A stretch of DNA of 63,037 nt, filler included, from Hyphochytrium catenoides (Eukaryota > Protista > Hyphochytriomycota), in the NCBI GenBank assembly GCA_900088475.1. It is 8 parts of 8 records of this genome, joined end to end, with 100 filler letters (N's around TTAATTAATTAA, not from the genome) between each part and the next. Parts side by side here need not be neighbours in the genome. Positions count along the whole stretch, not along the records: positions 30,975 to 52,492 come from FLMG01003447.1; positions 52,593 to 59,560 come from FLMG01001977.1; positions 59,661 to 60,750 come from FLMG01001561.1; positions 60,851 to 63,037 come from FLMG01003064.1; 4 more parts are not named here. The stretch is one strand, 5' to 3'. The notes under the pieces are model-generated. The model ran no database searches and had not been told where the DNA came from. It was given only the letters and a program-made list of their open reading frames with translations. How positions within the stretch are numbered: the first letter of the stretch is position 1; the number at the start of each line of letters is the position of its first letter. Positions 48,686 through 61,210 of this stretch are shown in pieces. Position numbers and translations under genes: made by a program.

Positions 48686-50698
48686 TTATTTGTCCTGTCT
48701 GCTCTCGAGCTCTTTCTGCTTCTTGACCCATTGCAAAAGATTCTCATATGCTTCCGTCTCGGGGTCTTGCTCAGCTGGTACTCGAGGAGATGGAGATCGA
48801 GTTTTTGTTTCACTGGCTGTCCTATCCCTTCCTTCAGTCTCTGCACTCCCTTGTGAGGAGGAAGGAGGGCTCTTCTGTTCTTTCCCTTCTTCTTTCTCGA
48901 CCTTGAGGTCTCTTTTGAGCTGTTCCATCTGCTGCTGTTCTCTTCTCCTGTTCAATTCTGCCATTCTGCTCTGCATCTCAGGCCTGTAATGCTGCTCGAA
49001 TTCCTCTGTCGCCTGCTGTATAGCCTCAAACAAGCCATCCAACCCTTCTCCTGGAAGATAAAATGGCCGGAAGACAGTTAGAAAGCGAGGAAGAAGAGTT
49101 GATCCAGTGATACCACTCTTAACAGGAGCATTTTGGATCGTATGGCTCTTGAGGTGCTTTCCTAAGAAGCTCTACCTTCCTTTAACTCTCTCTTTCTCAA
49201 GCATTCATCATCTTTCTCATTCCATCCTTCTGACCTCTACCCTTTAACATCTAATCCCTTCGGGGCATTGCCTGTCTTTCTCTCTTACCTGTAGCGGCAG
49301 AGACACCGACACTTCTGAGATTACTATAGAACTCTTCCAGGACGAGAGACATGGATCGCGTGAATGAGTTGAAATAGCTCTGGTCCTGCTCCCGATCAAG
49401 CGCTTCCTGAAAGGCTTCGTAGTCCGTCATCCACTCAGAGAGGAAGGAGGAAGAAAGGACGTCTGTCTTGTTGAAGACAATGATGAACGGAAGCTTCGTC
49501 TTGTATAATATGCTAGGGGCAAATAAGAAAGGCAGACGGACGGGAACAGTAGCAGAAGACATCAGTCATTGGTTTAAACAGCTAAAACTTCAATGGAGCT
49601 AGTTGTTAGCATCAGGAAGAAGAGGGACAACGTGTGTCGAAGAAGAGGAAGAAAGAGTGACGGAGAAGAGGGAGAAAGAATGACGAAGAAGCTAAAAGGG
49701 GCTTGAGAGGTAAACGGCTAGATAACGCGGCCTCTGTCTCTCTCTCTGTGCAGGTTTTGCATGGTCACGTCAACGTGCCCCGCCATGGGCAGAACCATGC
49801 CCACTCAATAACCGTCAATCTCACTTCTCTCTACCTACCTGCAGGCGTAGAGCATGTTGGACATAAAGGTAGAAGGGCTTGCTGAGCGGGGAGTGTCCAC
49901 CACATAGATAACAACAGTGGGGAAAGTGGTGGCTAAAGACTCTGTGACAATCGATCCTGACGCTGACCAAGTGAAGGCCTCAATCTGACCCGGCGTATCC
50001 ACGAAGACAAGGCTAAGAAAGAGAAGAGGAACTGATTTAGCTAAAGATCAAGCGAAAGGAGGCGTGATTGTATTCAACAAGACAGAAAGAGTGAAAGGGA
50101 GACGAGAGAAAGAGAGAGAAAACAATCGGCTTTCCGAGGTTAACTTATATTCTCAAGAAGACAAATATGCGACGAGGCAGAGAAGGGACTGCAAGAGTTC
50201 GAGAAGCGAGGAGTGAAAAGGGAAGACGCCACCTCTACGTACTTACTCTAGCTGCTCAGCTCTCTTCTCTAAGAGCGAGACAACCTGGTCAAACCTCGTT
50301 GCAAAGAGGTTGAGTGCTGTCATGATGCCGCCATTAGGCCCTAGACTGTACTGCTTCATGACCTGCTTGTAGTCTACTGTGTCTCTTATGTCGATGTTTG
50401 ATGGAAAGTCCACACGCTTAACAGCCGGATCCAAGTTAATAAAGTAGCTAGGGACAGCTTGACTACGGACATGCTCGGAGATCGCCTAAAGACCAAGGGA
50501 CCCACCACCGTAGGCAACGCAGGCAGGAGGGAGCGCAATGTTACCAAATAAGAGCGAGAGAATGCTGAACAGGAATATAAGTTTTACCTGCATCAGCGTG
50601 GTCTTTCCACTGCCAGCCATCCCTATAATTAAGCAGCATGCAGGCTTGCTGTGCATTTTTAGCTCGCTAGGGGCTGGGGCTGACTCTGCGTCAACCAT
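48686..50698 (-). CDS. GPN1: GPN-loop GTPase 1 (XAB1/Npa3), multi-exon
   Basis: [88 protein letters not shown] and [16 protein letters not shown]. Confidence 0.96.
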
Positions 50699-51379
50699 AC
50701 TTTGTCTCTCTATCTTTTAATCTTCAGCTTACAAGCCTCCACTTCCTGCTCTCACCGCCAGTGTCCCGTCTTCAACACAACAGCCTCCAATACTGCCTTC
50801 CTCCTTCTACTCGCGGTTCCTCGTTGCCTCCAAACTAGAACAAAGCTCACAGGTTGTTGCCCACCTATTCTCTCTCTCATATACAGTCGCAGATTCTCAA
50901 GCAAGAGCTCTTCTTGAGCCCGATGGCGAAGATCAAATCTCCATATTATCGCTCTATCACTGGGAAACCTCAATGCCAATGCCGATGCTTCTGATCTGTT
51001 CTGATGGCTGGGCTAAACTGTGCGCGACCAGACAGAGTGAGAGTCAGAGTGAAAGGAACGCAAGAGAAATGGATGGCCTTCTAAGCCTATGAATGGAGAT
51101 GTACAAACGCAAAGAGTCTTGGTAGATGATAAGAGATATGATCGAGAGAAAATGGAGAGGCTATTACGGAATTGTAACTATATAATTCAGGATAGGCATC
51201 AGCTGATACAGAATCAAACTTCAAGATATCTTTAAGCTTTAGAAGTTTGTCCCATATCGCTTTACTTCTGAATGGTTGTGCCTCGATTAAAGCACCTCCC
51301 TATCGAACCGGCGTGACGGCTGATGGGAGTTGACCGCGCCAAACGCTGAGACCAAGGCTCTCTCTTGCTTGCTTCTCTT

Positions 51380-51388
51380 CGTCTCTCT

Positions 51389-51430
<42 letters not shown>

Positions 51431-51600
51431 CCTCTCTCCCTCTCTCTCTCGCTCCCTCTCTCTCTCCCTCTTTCTCTCCCTCTTTCCCTCCTTCTTTTTC
51501 TCTCCCTCTCTCTCTCCCTCTCTCGCTCTCTCTCTCGCTCTCTCTAGCTCTTCTCTCTCTTTTTTCTCTCCCGCTCTTGGTCTCTCTCTCTTTCCTTTCT
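51380..51600. repeat. (CT)n/(GA)n microsatellite tract, representative of many between 25.7 and 60.5 kb
   Basis: Long CT dinucleotide and polypyrimidine run. Similar tracts at ~13735-13810, 32230-32360, 45255-45385, 53640-53800 and 58475-58560. Confidence 0.95.
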
Positions 51601-52492
51601 TTTACTACCACCGCCCTTTCCACCTATCTTTTCCCTGTGCTCCTCTTCTGCTGCTGTCCTCCATTTTCTTCCTTTCCAGGACCTTGCGCTTTCTTCTTTG
51701 ATCTCTCAGTTTGACGTTCTATTTGAACAGCGTTGCTGTCAAAGGCCATTGCTTCTCTGCGCGAGCTCAATCATTGGTGGACTTCAGCCAAACTCGACTC
51801 TCAAGAAGTAACGCTAGAGAACTGGGGAGTAGCGGTAGAGAAGATGTCCTAGGCGCGATAGGAGTAGAGCTGGTGAACGACAAAACTCTCGGCGGTGGCT
51901 CAAGAAGATTCCGCTTCCCTCTCTGGTAGGTCATTTTCCTGTACCGCAGAATGGATGGAGAGACAACCCCTCCTGCAGTGATGGACGAAGGCCAAGGTAT
52001 GTCCTGAAGATAATTCTCCAACATGCTTAGTCACCGTCGTCACTGCAGTATTGCGGGCTTGTTCTGGCGCTCTCCGGCCCCTGTCTCTCTTACATAAATC
52101 TCAACACTCACTTGCTTCTTCGTATTGTCTATCGATCTCTCTAAACGCTTGATCCCCTGCAGACCCTGCGCTGTCGTCCTCCCCAGGTCCCTCAGAAGCA
52201 AACTCTGAGGTAGGCGCCAGAGGCAGATCTGTCCTGTCTCTTCTCAGTCCGCGCGTTAGTTTGATGTCTGTTCATTCGCTATTGTGGATGGCTTTCCTCT
52301 TACTCTCCTCTCGTGTCTCTGTCTCTCTGTCTCTCTCTCTCTCCCTCCCTCTCTCTGTCTCTCTCTCTCGCTCTGTCTCTCTCTCTCCTCTCTCTGTTCT
52401 TCTCTTCCATTCTTTCTTTCTTTCTTTCCCTAGCTCGCTCTGTCTCCAGACAGCTCTCGCGGGCCCAAGTCCTCTCTCTCTCTCTCTCTCTC

Positions 52493-52592
52493 NNNNNNNN
52501 NNNNNNNNNNNNNNNNNNNNNNNNNNNNNNNNNNNNTTAATTAATTAANNNNNNNNNNNNNNNNNNNNNNNNNNNNNNNNNNNNNNNNNNNN
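52493..52592. other. Artificial scaffold spacer
   Basis: N44-TTAATTAATTAA-N44. Confidence 0.97.
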
Positions 52593-53638
52593 GAGAGAGA
52601 GAGAGAGAGAGAGAGTCCCAACGAATCGCAGAGCCACGTCGCACTCCTGCTACAGTACCAGAACAATCCTCCTCAATTGTGAATTTACATTGCACACCTT
52701 GAAGTTCTCCACCTAATTGAATGGCCTCTGTAATAAGATATCACCGTCAAAAGGTGTGTATTTTGCCTTTCTCTTGCACATTGCGGCCCTTTTCCAAAGC
52801 GAAAAAAGCACGCTATTGACAATAACAAGGCTTCCTTCATTGTCAGAATGTCAAGATAGCGCAGTCCGTCAAATAAGCGGGGTGAAGAATGGTGGTGGAT
52901 GAATTAATCGTGAGACAGGTTGAAACATTTCCAATGATTCATTTCGAGGCATTTAGTGGGGGCAAGCGAGGGGGAAGGCTCAGACAGATCTTTTCGACTT
53001 ATTCTTTCCTACCCTCAAATTTCCAAAATATTGATGTCCGAATGATTAGAGTGACATGTTGTGGGTAGTAATAGGACGGGCCTAGGGCCATCATATGTGC
53101 AGAAGAATGGTTGTGTAGTAATACATGTTTCTCTAATATTCTGTGTGTTTCTCCCTTCAAAGAGCTTGATGCGTCGTTCTATGCAGTCTTGCGGACCAAA
53201 GTAAGGGTGATTTCACTGAACTATAGCGATAATTGTAGGATGGCCTCTGTTACCTCACCTTATATAACAAGATTATACATGAGGCAGTAGTAGCGAAGAA
53301 TGACAAAAGAAGGAGAGCCTATCATTGGGAGGCTAAAAACTATGAGGGGACGACAAGCTTCTGGCTTTCTCTTTACAGTTTCGACAGAGGAACCATGGCA
53401 TTACTTTGGGAATACCCTTGTAAGTTAAAAAAGTTTGGTAAATGAAATAATGGTCTCTCAAACCGGTTAATTAACAGAACTCTCATGACGCGCCTACAGT
53501 CTAATTTGGAGATAGTGGCTGAGGATTAGGTACTATAAGTAGGCCTTCAGTTGTAGTTTTGGTCTTGGTTTGGGATACGGGACTAAACTGTTCCGCTTCC
53601 GTTTGATTCGAATGCTGCCAAGCTCTCTTTCTCTCCTC

Positions 53639-53682
<44 letters not shown>

Positions 53683-54046
53683 NNNNNNTCTCTCTCCCAT
53701 CTCGCTCGTTCTCTGTCTTCGCCTCGCTCTATGTCCTTCTTTCTTTCTCTTTCTCGCTCTTTCCTTTCTCTCCTCTTTCTCTCTCTCTCTCTCTCTGTCT
53801 CGCTATATCTCTTCTTTCGTTCTCCTGTTGTCTCCACTGACATTCTCTAGTAGTTTGCCCCATCCAGCCCACTCTGTCTTGCGCTTTCTCTCTCTCTCCC
53901 ATCTCCTCTTAGGTCTCCTCTGTCTCGTTCCTGTCTTCAGGCGGCCGCCTTGCTTCCCGCGGCGTGGACGCGGAGCTTGATTTGTCCGACTCTGTTGCTG
54001 AAGGCTGTGAGGCATCATCCGTAGCTTCCAAGGCCAGTCCTTGTGA

Positions 54047-54093
<47 letters not shown>

Positions 54094-54473
54094 CAAGTTG
54101 CTGGGTGCTGGAGCCTAGAACAAGCAGCTGCCGGTTGGTGAGGAAGCTGGGGTAAAGGGAGAGAGAGGTCAAGTGAGTCAGTGACAAGCGAGTTTGCTGG
54201 TCATTCTTGAGGTCTCAAGAAGAGAAGAAAGGCAGCAAAAGAAGAGAGATCAGTGGTCTGCATCACCTCTTCCTCCTGAGAGCCAGATAACCCGTCCTTG
54301 TACGGCTCTCAAGAGAAGAACTCTTTCTTTTTGCCTTAAGAACTATCTCAGCGGGCGCGGAGAGGTTATGCCTTGAAAGGCAGGGTCCTCAGTAGAGTCG
54401 GGGGAAGAATTTGGTCTCTCAGAATAGAGTTTGAAGTCTGGAGAGCGCCGCCCACAGTCAGCCAGCCACCACA

Positions 54474-55478
54474 ATGGAGCCAACGCGCGTGTCAGTGAGA
54501 ATTAGGCCGTCTCCCAAGGACAGACTGGACCCATTCAAAGCCCATATCTCCCCTAGTCGCCAGACAGTCGGTAGATTATCTTCGCCCCGCCTGTCGCAGG
54601 GCAGTGCAGGCAGCAGAGACTCGGGCACAGCTTCAAATAGAGATTCTGGCAGAGGCTCCAGCAAAGACTCTAGCAGAGGCCACAATCGGGACTCCATCAC
54701 GATGATTCCGCCACGTCCGCTTGAGAAGAGACCGGTCCCGGTTATCTCTCACAGCGTCCATAACATCAGCGCCCCTGCGGTGCGCCAGTTCCGTACCGCT
54801 TTGTATGATGATCCGATCCTCGTCACTGTCGCGTCGGCGATAGTGCGCAAGCACGCCACAGTGTACACCATTCTGGTCTATGACGCGGTGGCCCGTAGTC
54901 CGTACAAGATTGAGCGCCGGTATTCTCAGTTCTTCAACCTCCGCGCGAGTATTGAGAAGAAGTTCAATGAAGCAAAGTTGAAGCGTTGCCCTGGCTGCGA
55001 ATCTCTGCATCGATTCGTTGAGATCTATGAGTTCCCCAAGCGGCAGCTGATGTTCTCAGCAGACAGGAAGCTCGTCAAACAGCGCGCGTTGGCCCTGCGA
55101 GGCTTCATTAGAGAGCTGACACACCGTGCAGTCGCGCCAAACATCATTCGGTGTCCGCTCTGTCAGTCCATCGCGGAGGACGTGAAAGAGTTTCTCTCTG
55201 ACGATTTTTCGCAGTTTGACCTGATGACAGAGAGAGCAACGGGGACGTACGGGCGCATTGGCTCCAACTCTCCCTCTTCCAAGCCAGAGCAATTCTCCTT
55301 TGCGAACTGGTCTGGGAAGGATGAAGAGGTCTTCAGATTTGACCTGGATATTGGCAGCTTTGCAGAGTATATGGCCTCGACGCATCATAGAGATGAAGAG
55401 CTACTGAAGGAAGTTGATGTCACCTTCAAGGGATGGAAGTCCATTGTCGACAGAGAGACAGGCATTGCGGTTCTTTAA
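54474..55478 (+). CDS. PX (phox homology) domain protein, intronless
   Basis: 334-aa ORF. The PX pattern TVYTILV..YKIERRYSQFFNLRASI..EFPKR..VKQRALALRGFIREL follows an S/R-rich N-terminus. Confidence 0.82.
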   Translation: MEPTRVSVRIRPSPKDRLDPFKAHISPSRQTVGRLSSPRLSQGSAGSRDSGTASNRDSGRGSSKDSSRGHNRDSITMIPPRPLEKRPVPVISHSVHNISAPAVRQFRTALYDDPILVTVASAIVRKHATVYTILVYDAVARSPYKIERRYSQFFNLRASIEKKFNEAKLKRCPGCESLHRFVEIYEFPKRQLMFSADRKLVKQRALALRGFIRELTHRAVAPNIIRCPLCQSIAEDVKEFLSDDFSQFDLMTERATGTYGRIGSNSPSSKPEQFSFANWSGKDEEVFRFDLDIGSFAEYMASTHHRDEELLKEVDVTFKGWKSIVDRETGIAVL

Positions 55479-55911
55479 GCAGAGGCTGAAGAGCAGAGAG
55501 AGAGAGAGAGAGAATTCAGTGGGGATGAGAGAGAGAGAGAGAGAGAGAGAGAGGAATCTGCCATTGCGTTTCCTTTTCCTTATTTATTGTGTGGCTGTAC
55601 AAAGGTTGAAAGGATGCTCCATTTATTTATTTAGCAAAGAGCTAACATAGCTAGGCAGGCAGGGCGATAGGTAAGAGTAGGAGAGGTAGGCGTAAGAGAG
55701 AAAGGACCGCGAGGGGAGAGAGAGGAAGGAGAAGGGGGAAGAGAGACTACCAGGCAGCTTTTCAAAAGTAGGGATCTCGCGTTCATAGTGCTTGTCTTAA
55801 GAAAATCATCAACGCTTTCTATATAGTCTACATCTTCGCGCAGCGTCCATCGTCTTTCTCTTTCCTCTCTCTCTCACTCTTTGTGTGTGTGTTTCTTCTC
55901 AATTTGAAGTT

Positions 55912-58472
55912 CTATTCCTCTACAGGAGAGTGGACAAGGCCTGGATCCCTTCTAGAGATCTCCCGGGACAGCGCATTCACTCTCTTCCCCATCTTCGCTG
56001 CTTTTTCAAAGGATTCGCGTGTCTCAGCAGTGACATAGGAGTTCACAATGCGCTGTGATAGAAGAAGAGAGAGAGAGACGAATGGATTCAGACATTGTCT
56101 CAACGAGACGGAGAGGTGACTGAATAATGAGAGACAGAAGAGCGAAAGAGGAAGTGAGAGAGAGAGAAAGAGAGATAAACCCGAAGAGTAAGTTAGTACG
56201 CCAAAGGCCTACAGAGTCTTCTCACCTGCACTCTCTCGCAGAGCGCCTCTCGGCTCTGTCTGAGCTCTCTAATGCGCGAACGGAGAGACGCCACTCGCAG
56301 CAGCTGCCGCAGGCTCCTCCAGCGGGCCTTCCATTGCTCAAGCACATAGATATGTGAGGAGAGAAGAAGAGGAAGGGCCAGAAGGGAGAGCTCCGCCGCC
56401 CTCAGGCCATAAAAGTAGAGCACTAAAAGGATGATTGACAGCCAGAGAACCAGCACCAGGAACCTAGAACAGAGAGACAGAGGGAGCGAGTAAATCCCAC
56501 GAGTAGGCAGATGGTGGAAGGGACCAGAGAGCCCCTTGCTCTCAAGTGAGGGAAGAGAGACACAGGGAGAAAGAAGAAGAGCACATAGTGAGAAACAGGA
56601 AAGAGAGCGAGGGGAGAAAAGAGACGGAACAATGGGACAAAGAAAGAAGAGAGCCAATAACATAGATTTAAAGAGAGCAAAAGATAATGAGTTGTCTCTC
56701 TTACATGCTGCTAAAGATCTTGAACATGGACTTGGACTCCGTCCACCCGGCCTTGGAGTCCATCACCGAGGCTGCGGGGTAAGAGAGAGGATGAGAAAAC
56801 AAGGAAGACTGTTGAGTCATTGTGGAGAAAGACAGAGACCTCCGAAAGGAGTTCAACACAGCGCAATTCGTAAGGTGTTCCAATCTCCTCCTCTCTCTCT
56901 CTATCTGATTAGCTATTCATCTCTCTTTCTCTCTCTCTTTCTCTCTTCATGGATCTTTCTCCCTCTTCTTCTCCACAGGCCAGCAAACAGCTAAGCTTTT
57001 AACTATCAGGCAGATGGCCAGAGGACAGAGGAAATTGGAGGAAAGGTGATGGAGCAAGAGATAACGGCAGCAGTACCTATGTAATATACAGGGGAATGCA
57101 GCAGCAGCCCGGGGAGAGAGAGAGGCATGATTATGAAGAGAAAGAAGAGATCCTCCGCCACAATCCACATAAGAGAGAGAGGGGGCGGTTGCGGGCTGGC
57201 GATATATTTATCTGAGAGCCCCAAGGCCTGCAGCTGCCGCTGATAGGCAATCACCGCCTCTCTCGCCTCCATAACCTCTTTCTCTCCCTCTGCTAAGCCC
57301 TGGAAATTGGTCTTCGCCAGCAGCTCATAGCCTTCCACAAACTTGCGAGTCAACAGGACTTCATCTTTAGCTGGAAGATTCCCTATGTCGGTGAAAATAG
57401 CACCATGCGAGGAGAGAGGAGATGAGTGACAGAAAGGACGAGGAGAGAGGAGAACTGAGGCACCGAGGGATACCGCCTCACGGCTAGCTTTGGAGCTTTA
57501 TGCAGAGAACTGTCAAAGGTTCAGGGAGAGAAAAGACTTTTGGCGCAACACCAGATGAACCTCAAGTGGAGCAGCATAGAAGTAGGCAGGATAGGACAAA
57601 AAGAAGGCGAGAAGAAAGGCTGAGAGGAGAAGGGCTGCTCTTAAGAGGACTCGAGAGAGGAGAGAGAGGAGGGAAACATCGATCACTCACAGACATCCCT
57701 GAGATAGAGCTTGAGAGTCAGGAAAGCCAGCTTCAGGGTATTATAGTCAGGCGCGTTCAGCGTGACGGACTCCATCCGCATCTGCATCGAAGAGCAGAGG
57801 TTGGGAGAGTGAGAGGCGGAGAGGCAGAGCAGAAGGAAAGTCAGGGCAGGAGATAAGGCAAACTGAAGAAGAAGAGGCGCCTTTGTTCGGGCCAAAGATA
57901 GTATTCTAGTGACTCTGAAAGGCCCGGGTCATAGCGGAAGAAGGAGCTGAATGGAGAAGATGAGAGAGACAGAGATAGAGGCAGGGAGGAGAGGAGAAAG
58001 GGCAATGAAAATGGAGAGAAGGAATGAAAGGAAGGAGGGGAACAGAGAGATAGGCAAAGAGAGAAAGATAAAAGGAGGAGGAGGGAGGGAGAGAGAGGGG
58101 GGAAAAGACAGAGGCAGGAGAGACAGAGAGAGTAAGAGAGAGGCAGAGAGATACAGACAGATAGACAGACAGAAAGAGAGTGAGAGAGAGAAAGAGATGA
58201 AGAGTGACGAAGAAGGAAGCTTCCCCACGTTTCTCACCTTTAGCTGCTGCGTCCATGCCTTGACTTGCTCCATCTCTGACGTCTGCGTAAGACCATTTCT
58301 GACATCTTCGGGCGGGATGACTAGAGGTGTTCCAAACTCAATAAGGACGTCACTAGTCCGGGACAGAGAGAGAGAGAAAGGCAGGGGGAACAGCATCGGA
58401 TGTCAGACTTATCATTGACCAGACGCCACGAGAAGAGATAAACACAGGCAAGAATAGAGCAGCAATACCAAG

Positions 58473-58525
<53 letters not shown>

Positions 58526-59401
58526 AAGCAAAAGGTAAGACAGAGAGAGAGAGAGACGATGACCGCAAGAGGAGGAGTCCTGGGGGAGAAGATTTGGAGG
58601 AACAGGCCAAAAAATGGGAGAAATAGCGGGAGAGGAAGTAGAAGTTAGGATAGTGAGGGCCGATGTGATCGAGAGGGTGAGAAAGAGAAGGAGACAGATT
58701 CTTCTAGCTTTCACTATCTCCCGCTCTAACCTGCGGAACTTGTCCTTGTTGAAGTACGTGATACCGCATGGCACTGGCGGAGAGCAGGGAGGAAAAGAAG
58801 GAACGGAACAGTTCAGGAGCTTATGGACGATCGGGGAGAAAGAAGAGGGGAAGGTTGAACGTGAACGAGAGGCAGAGATCTGTAGAGAGGACGGTGAGAG
58901 AGGCACACACACAGACAAGAGAGAGAGAGAGACAGAAGAACAGAGAGAGAAGAAGACCCAGAGTGTGACTGAGAGAGGGAGACAGAGAGAAGAGCTGAGC
59001 ATCTGGAAGTATGGATGAACAATGCCAAACTTCCTAAGAATAGAGGAAGCCAGAGAAGGGCAAAGTTGGCTACACTCTCTCGCTCAGGGACATTGGAGCA
59101 TAAAGCTCCTCCGTCCTACCTATTGGCACAGCCTGACCATACTCTTTCGCATAGCCGATGGCGAGCCTGATGACGCCAGACTTGAGCTCCAGCAGCTTCG
59201 GCTGCGTGTAGGACGTGCCCTCGGGAAAGAGAACAAGGCAGTTCCCTCGATGGAGCGTCTGCCAGCTCTTCTCGAACATCTTCTTCGTCTCTTTGGCGCG
59301 CTCCTCTGAGCTGAGATCAGAGTCTTTGTCTTGCACTAGCCCAGGAGTCCGCGGAGGCGCGCGGTACACAGGGACAGCGCCTAGTGATCTGAGTATCCAG
59401 C
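55912..59401 (-). CDS. Second Sct1/Gpt2-like glycerol-3-phosphate acyltransferase (5' exons missing at scaffold end)
   Basis: GWILRSLGAVPVYR, LVLFPEGTSYTQPKLLELKSG, IVPCGITYFNKDKFRSDVLIEFGTP, VTLNAPDYNTL and PLSLPGLLLHSPV, plus C-terminal TMs. Stop at 55912-55914; GT-AG introns in phase where checked. Confidence 0.87.
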
Positions 59402-59560
59402 CTACAGAAGGGGACAGAGCGTAGAGGTAAATTATGGAGCTAACGAAACTTATGATAGCGAGACAGGACAAGAAGGGCAAATCGTGTAGACCGTTGAGTT
59501 GAATAGAGGAAAGTGAGAGAGAGAAGAAAAGCAAAACAGAGAGAGAGAGAGAGAGAGAGA

Positions 59561-59660
59561 NNNNNNNNNNNNNNNNNNNNNNNNNNNNNNNNNNNNNNNN
59601 NNNNTTAATTAATTAANNNNNNNNNNNNNNNNNNNNNNNNNNNNNNNNNNNNNNNNNNNN
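59561..59660. other. Artificial scaffold spacer
   Basis: N44-TTAATTAATTAA-N44. Confidence 0.97.
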
Positions 59661-60750
59661 CTGTCCCATACCTGCAGGGAGTAAAGGACCCAGACAGGAA
59701 GCAACAGCAAGAGAGGAATCTTTAGCGAAAGTATAGGAAAAGAAGTGACAATGAACAAAGACTAGACTAGATGACAATTATAGAGAGATCCACATAGCTA
59801 GCTGTTTCTTGACAGAAAGGTGAAGACGAGGACTAGAGATTGAGACTAAGCTTGTGGCCAGCTTTTCTTCTCACTACAGGCAGTTCTCCTTTCTTCCCAT
59901 TCTCCTCTTCTAATGACAGCTGGCTTACATTGTTACAAGTTCTACAATAGAGGCGAGTATGCTGAGTCCAATGGTAATGCTCTGCCCGATGTACGCATTG
60001 TCTACCATTTCTATAAGGTAAGCAGCCACATAACCCAGCAAAGGCCCTGCAGCACCAGCTCCCTATCCCAATGCAGAGTGGCAGGAGCGATAGGGCAGTC
60101 AGACATAGAGTCAGACAGAGGATACAACAGAGCACAGAGGATAAGTCGAGAGAGGCAGCGAGGTCTATCACTTTCCTCATATCATACAGGAGAGTAGCTG
60201 GCAAAATAAGTACATTAAGAAAGAGTGAAGAAAGAAAGCAAAGAGCAAAAGGCAGTAGATGTAGAGAGGCGCCGTCAGCTAGGGATGAGAAGGGCTGGCT
60301 ACATGGAAGTCATGAGGGAGACGAGAAGAGGCCGAAGTTTTAAAAAAGTCACACTCCAGTGGTGCGTCGCAAAAATAGAAAGAGCAATAAGCGCACTTAG
60401 CAAAGGGTGGGTACTCAAGCAGAGGCAGACAGAGAGAGAGAGACGAACAAAGAGAGGCAGCAAGAGAGAGACAGACAACATAATGGAGCGACAACAGGAA
60501 GAGGAAGAGCGCCCACACACCATGGCAAGCAGCACTCCAAAACTTGCAATGATGACGAGATGAGTTCGGTCCGAGTCTGTCAGCTTATGATACCGCGAGC
60601 TTCCCGGCCTGAAGAAGGTTAGGATCAAAAGCGTCAGGCTGAAGCTAACCAGGAGAGCTGTCGCAGACTGCGATACCTCTCTTGCGGAGTTATCTTGCTC
60701 TTCATCTTCTTCTTTCTGTTTTTCAAGGTAAGGCTTTGATGGACATAGCG

Positions 60751-60850
60751 NNNNNNNNNNNNNNNNNNNNNNNNNNNNNNNNNNNNNNNNNNNNTTAATT
60801 AATTAANNNNNNNNNNNNNNNNNNNNNNNNNNNNNNNNNNNNNNNNNNNN
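60751..60850. other. Artificial scaffold spacer
   Basis: N44-TTAATTAATTAA-N44. Confidence 0.97.
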
Positions 60851-61210
60851 CACGTTCCACGCTCCTTTGACTCTGCGCTCCTCTCTACCTGCACCCTCGC
60901 TTTCCAATCTCCGGTAACTTCGAAGCCGTGCGGACCTTCATATACCCGGCGGTGCATCCTCCTTTTGAAGGTAAGAGGCAGTCCAGCCGCCGCAGAGGGC
61001 TGTCATTTGGACCCACAACAGCGGCCTTAAAGGAAGTGAAGAGGCCATCGCCTATTCTCTCTCTCTCTCTGTCTGTCTCGCTCTTGCTCTTTTTATGGAC
61101 CTATTGGCTGTCGTGACCAGCTTGAGAGCAAGATCTATCTCCTAGGGATCCGCCTTTCGCTGAAGGCTGTAGGGCGTCTTTCCTGAATCGACAGGCAGAG
61201 CTTCTTAGAG

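Noticed and set aside
51300-52548. SLSLSL / RERERE ORFs here and at 26-27, 32, 44-45, 53 and 58 kb
   Set aside because: Translations of (CT)n/(GA)n microsatellites
59661-60750. Cys-rich minus-strand ORF (HYHW..CRTCN) as a DHHC palmitoyltransferase
   Set aside because: No DHHC or RxxHC continuation is found in the next exon. It is probably a membrane-protein fragment but cannot be assigned.
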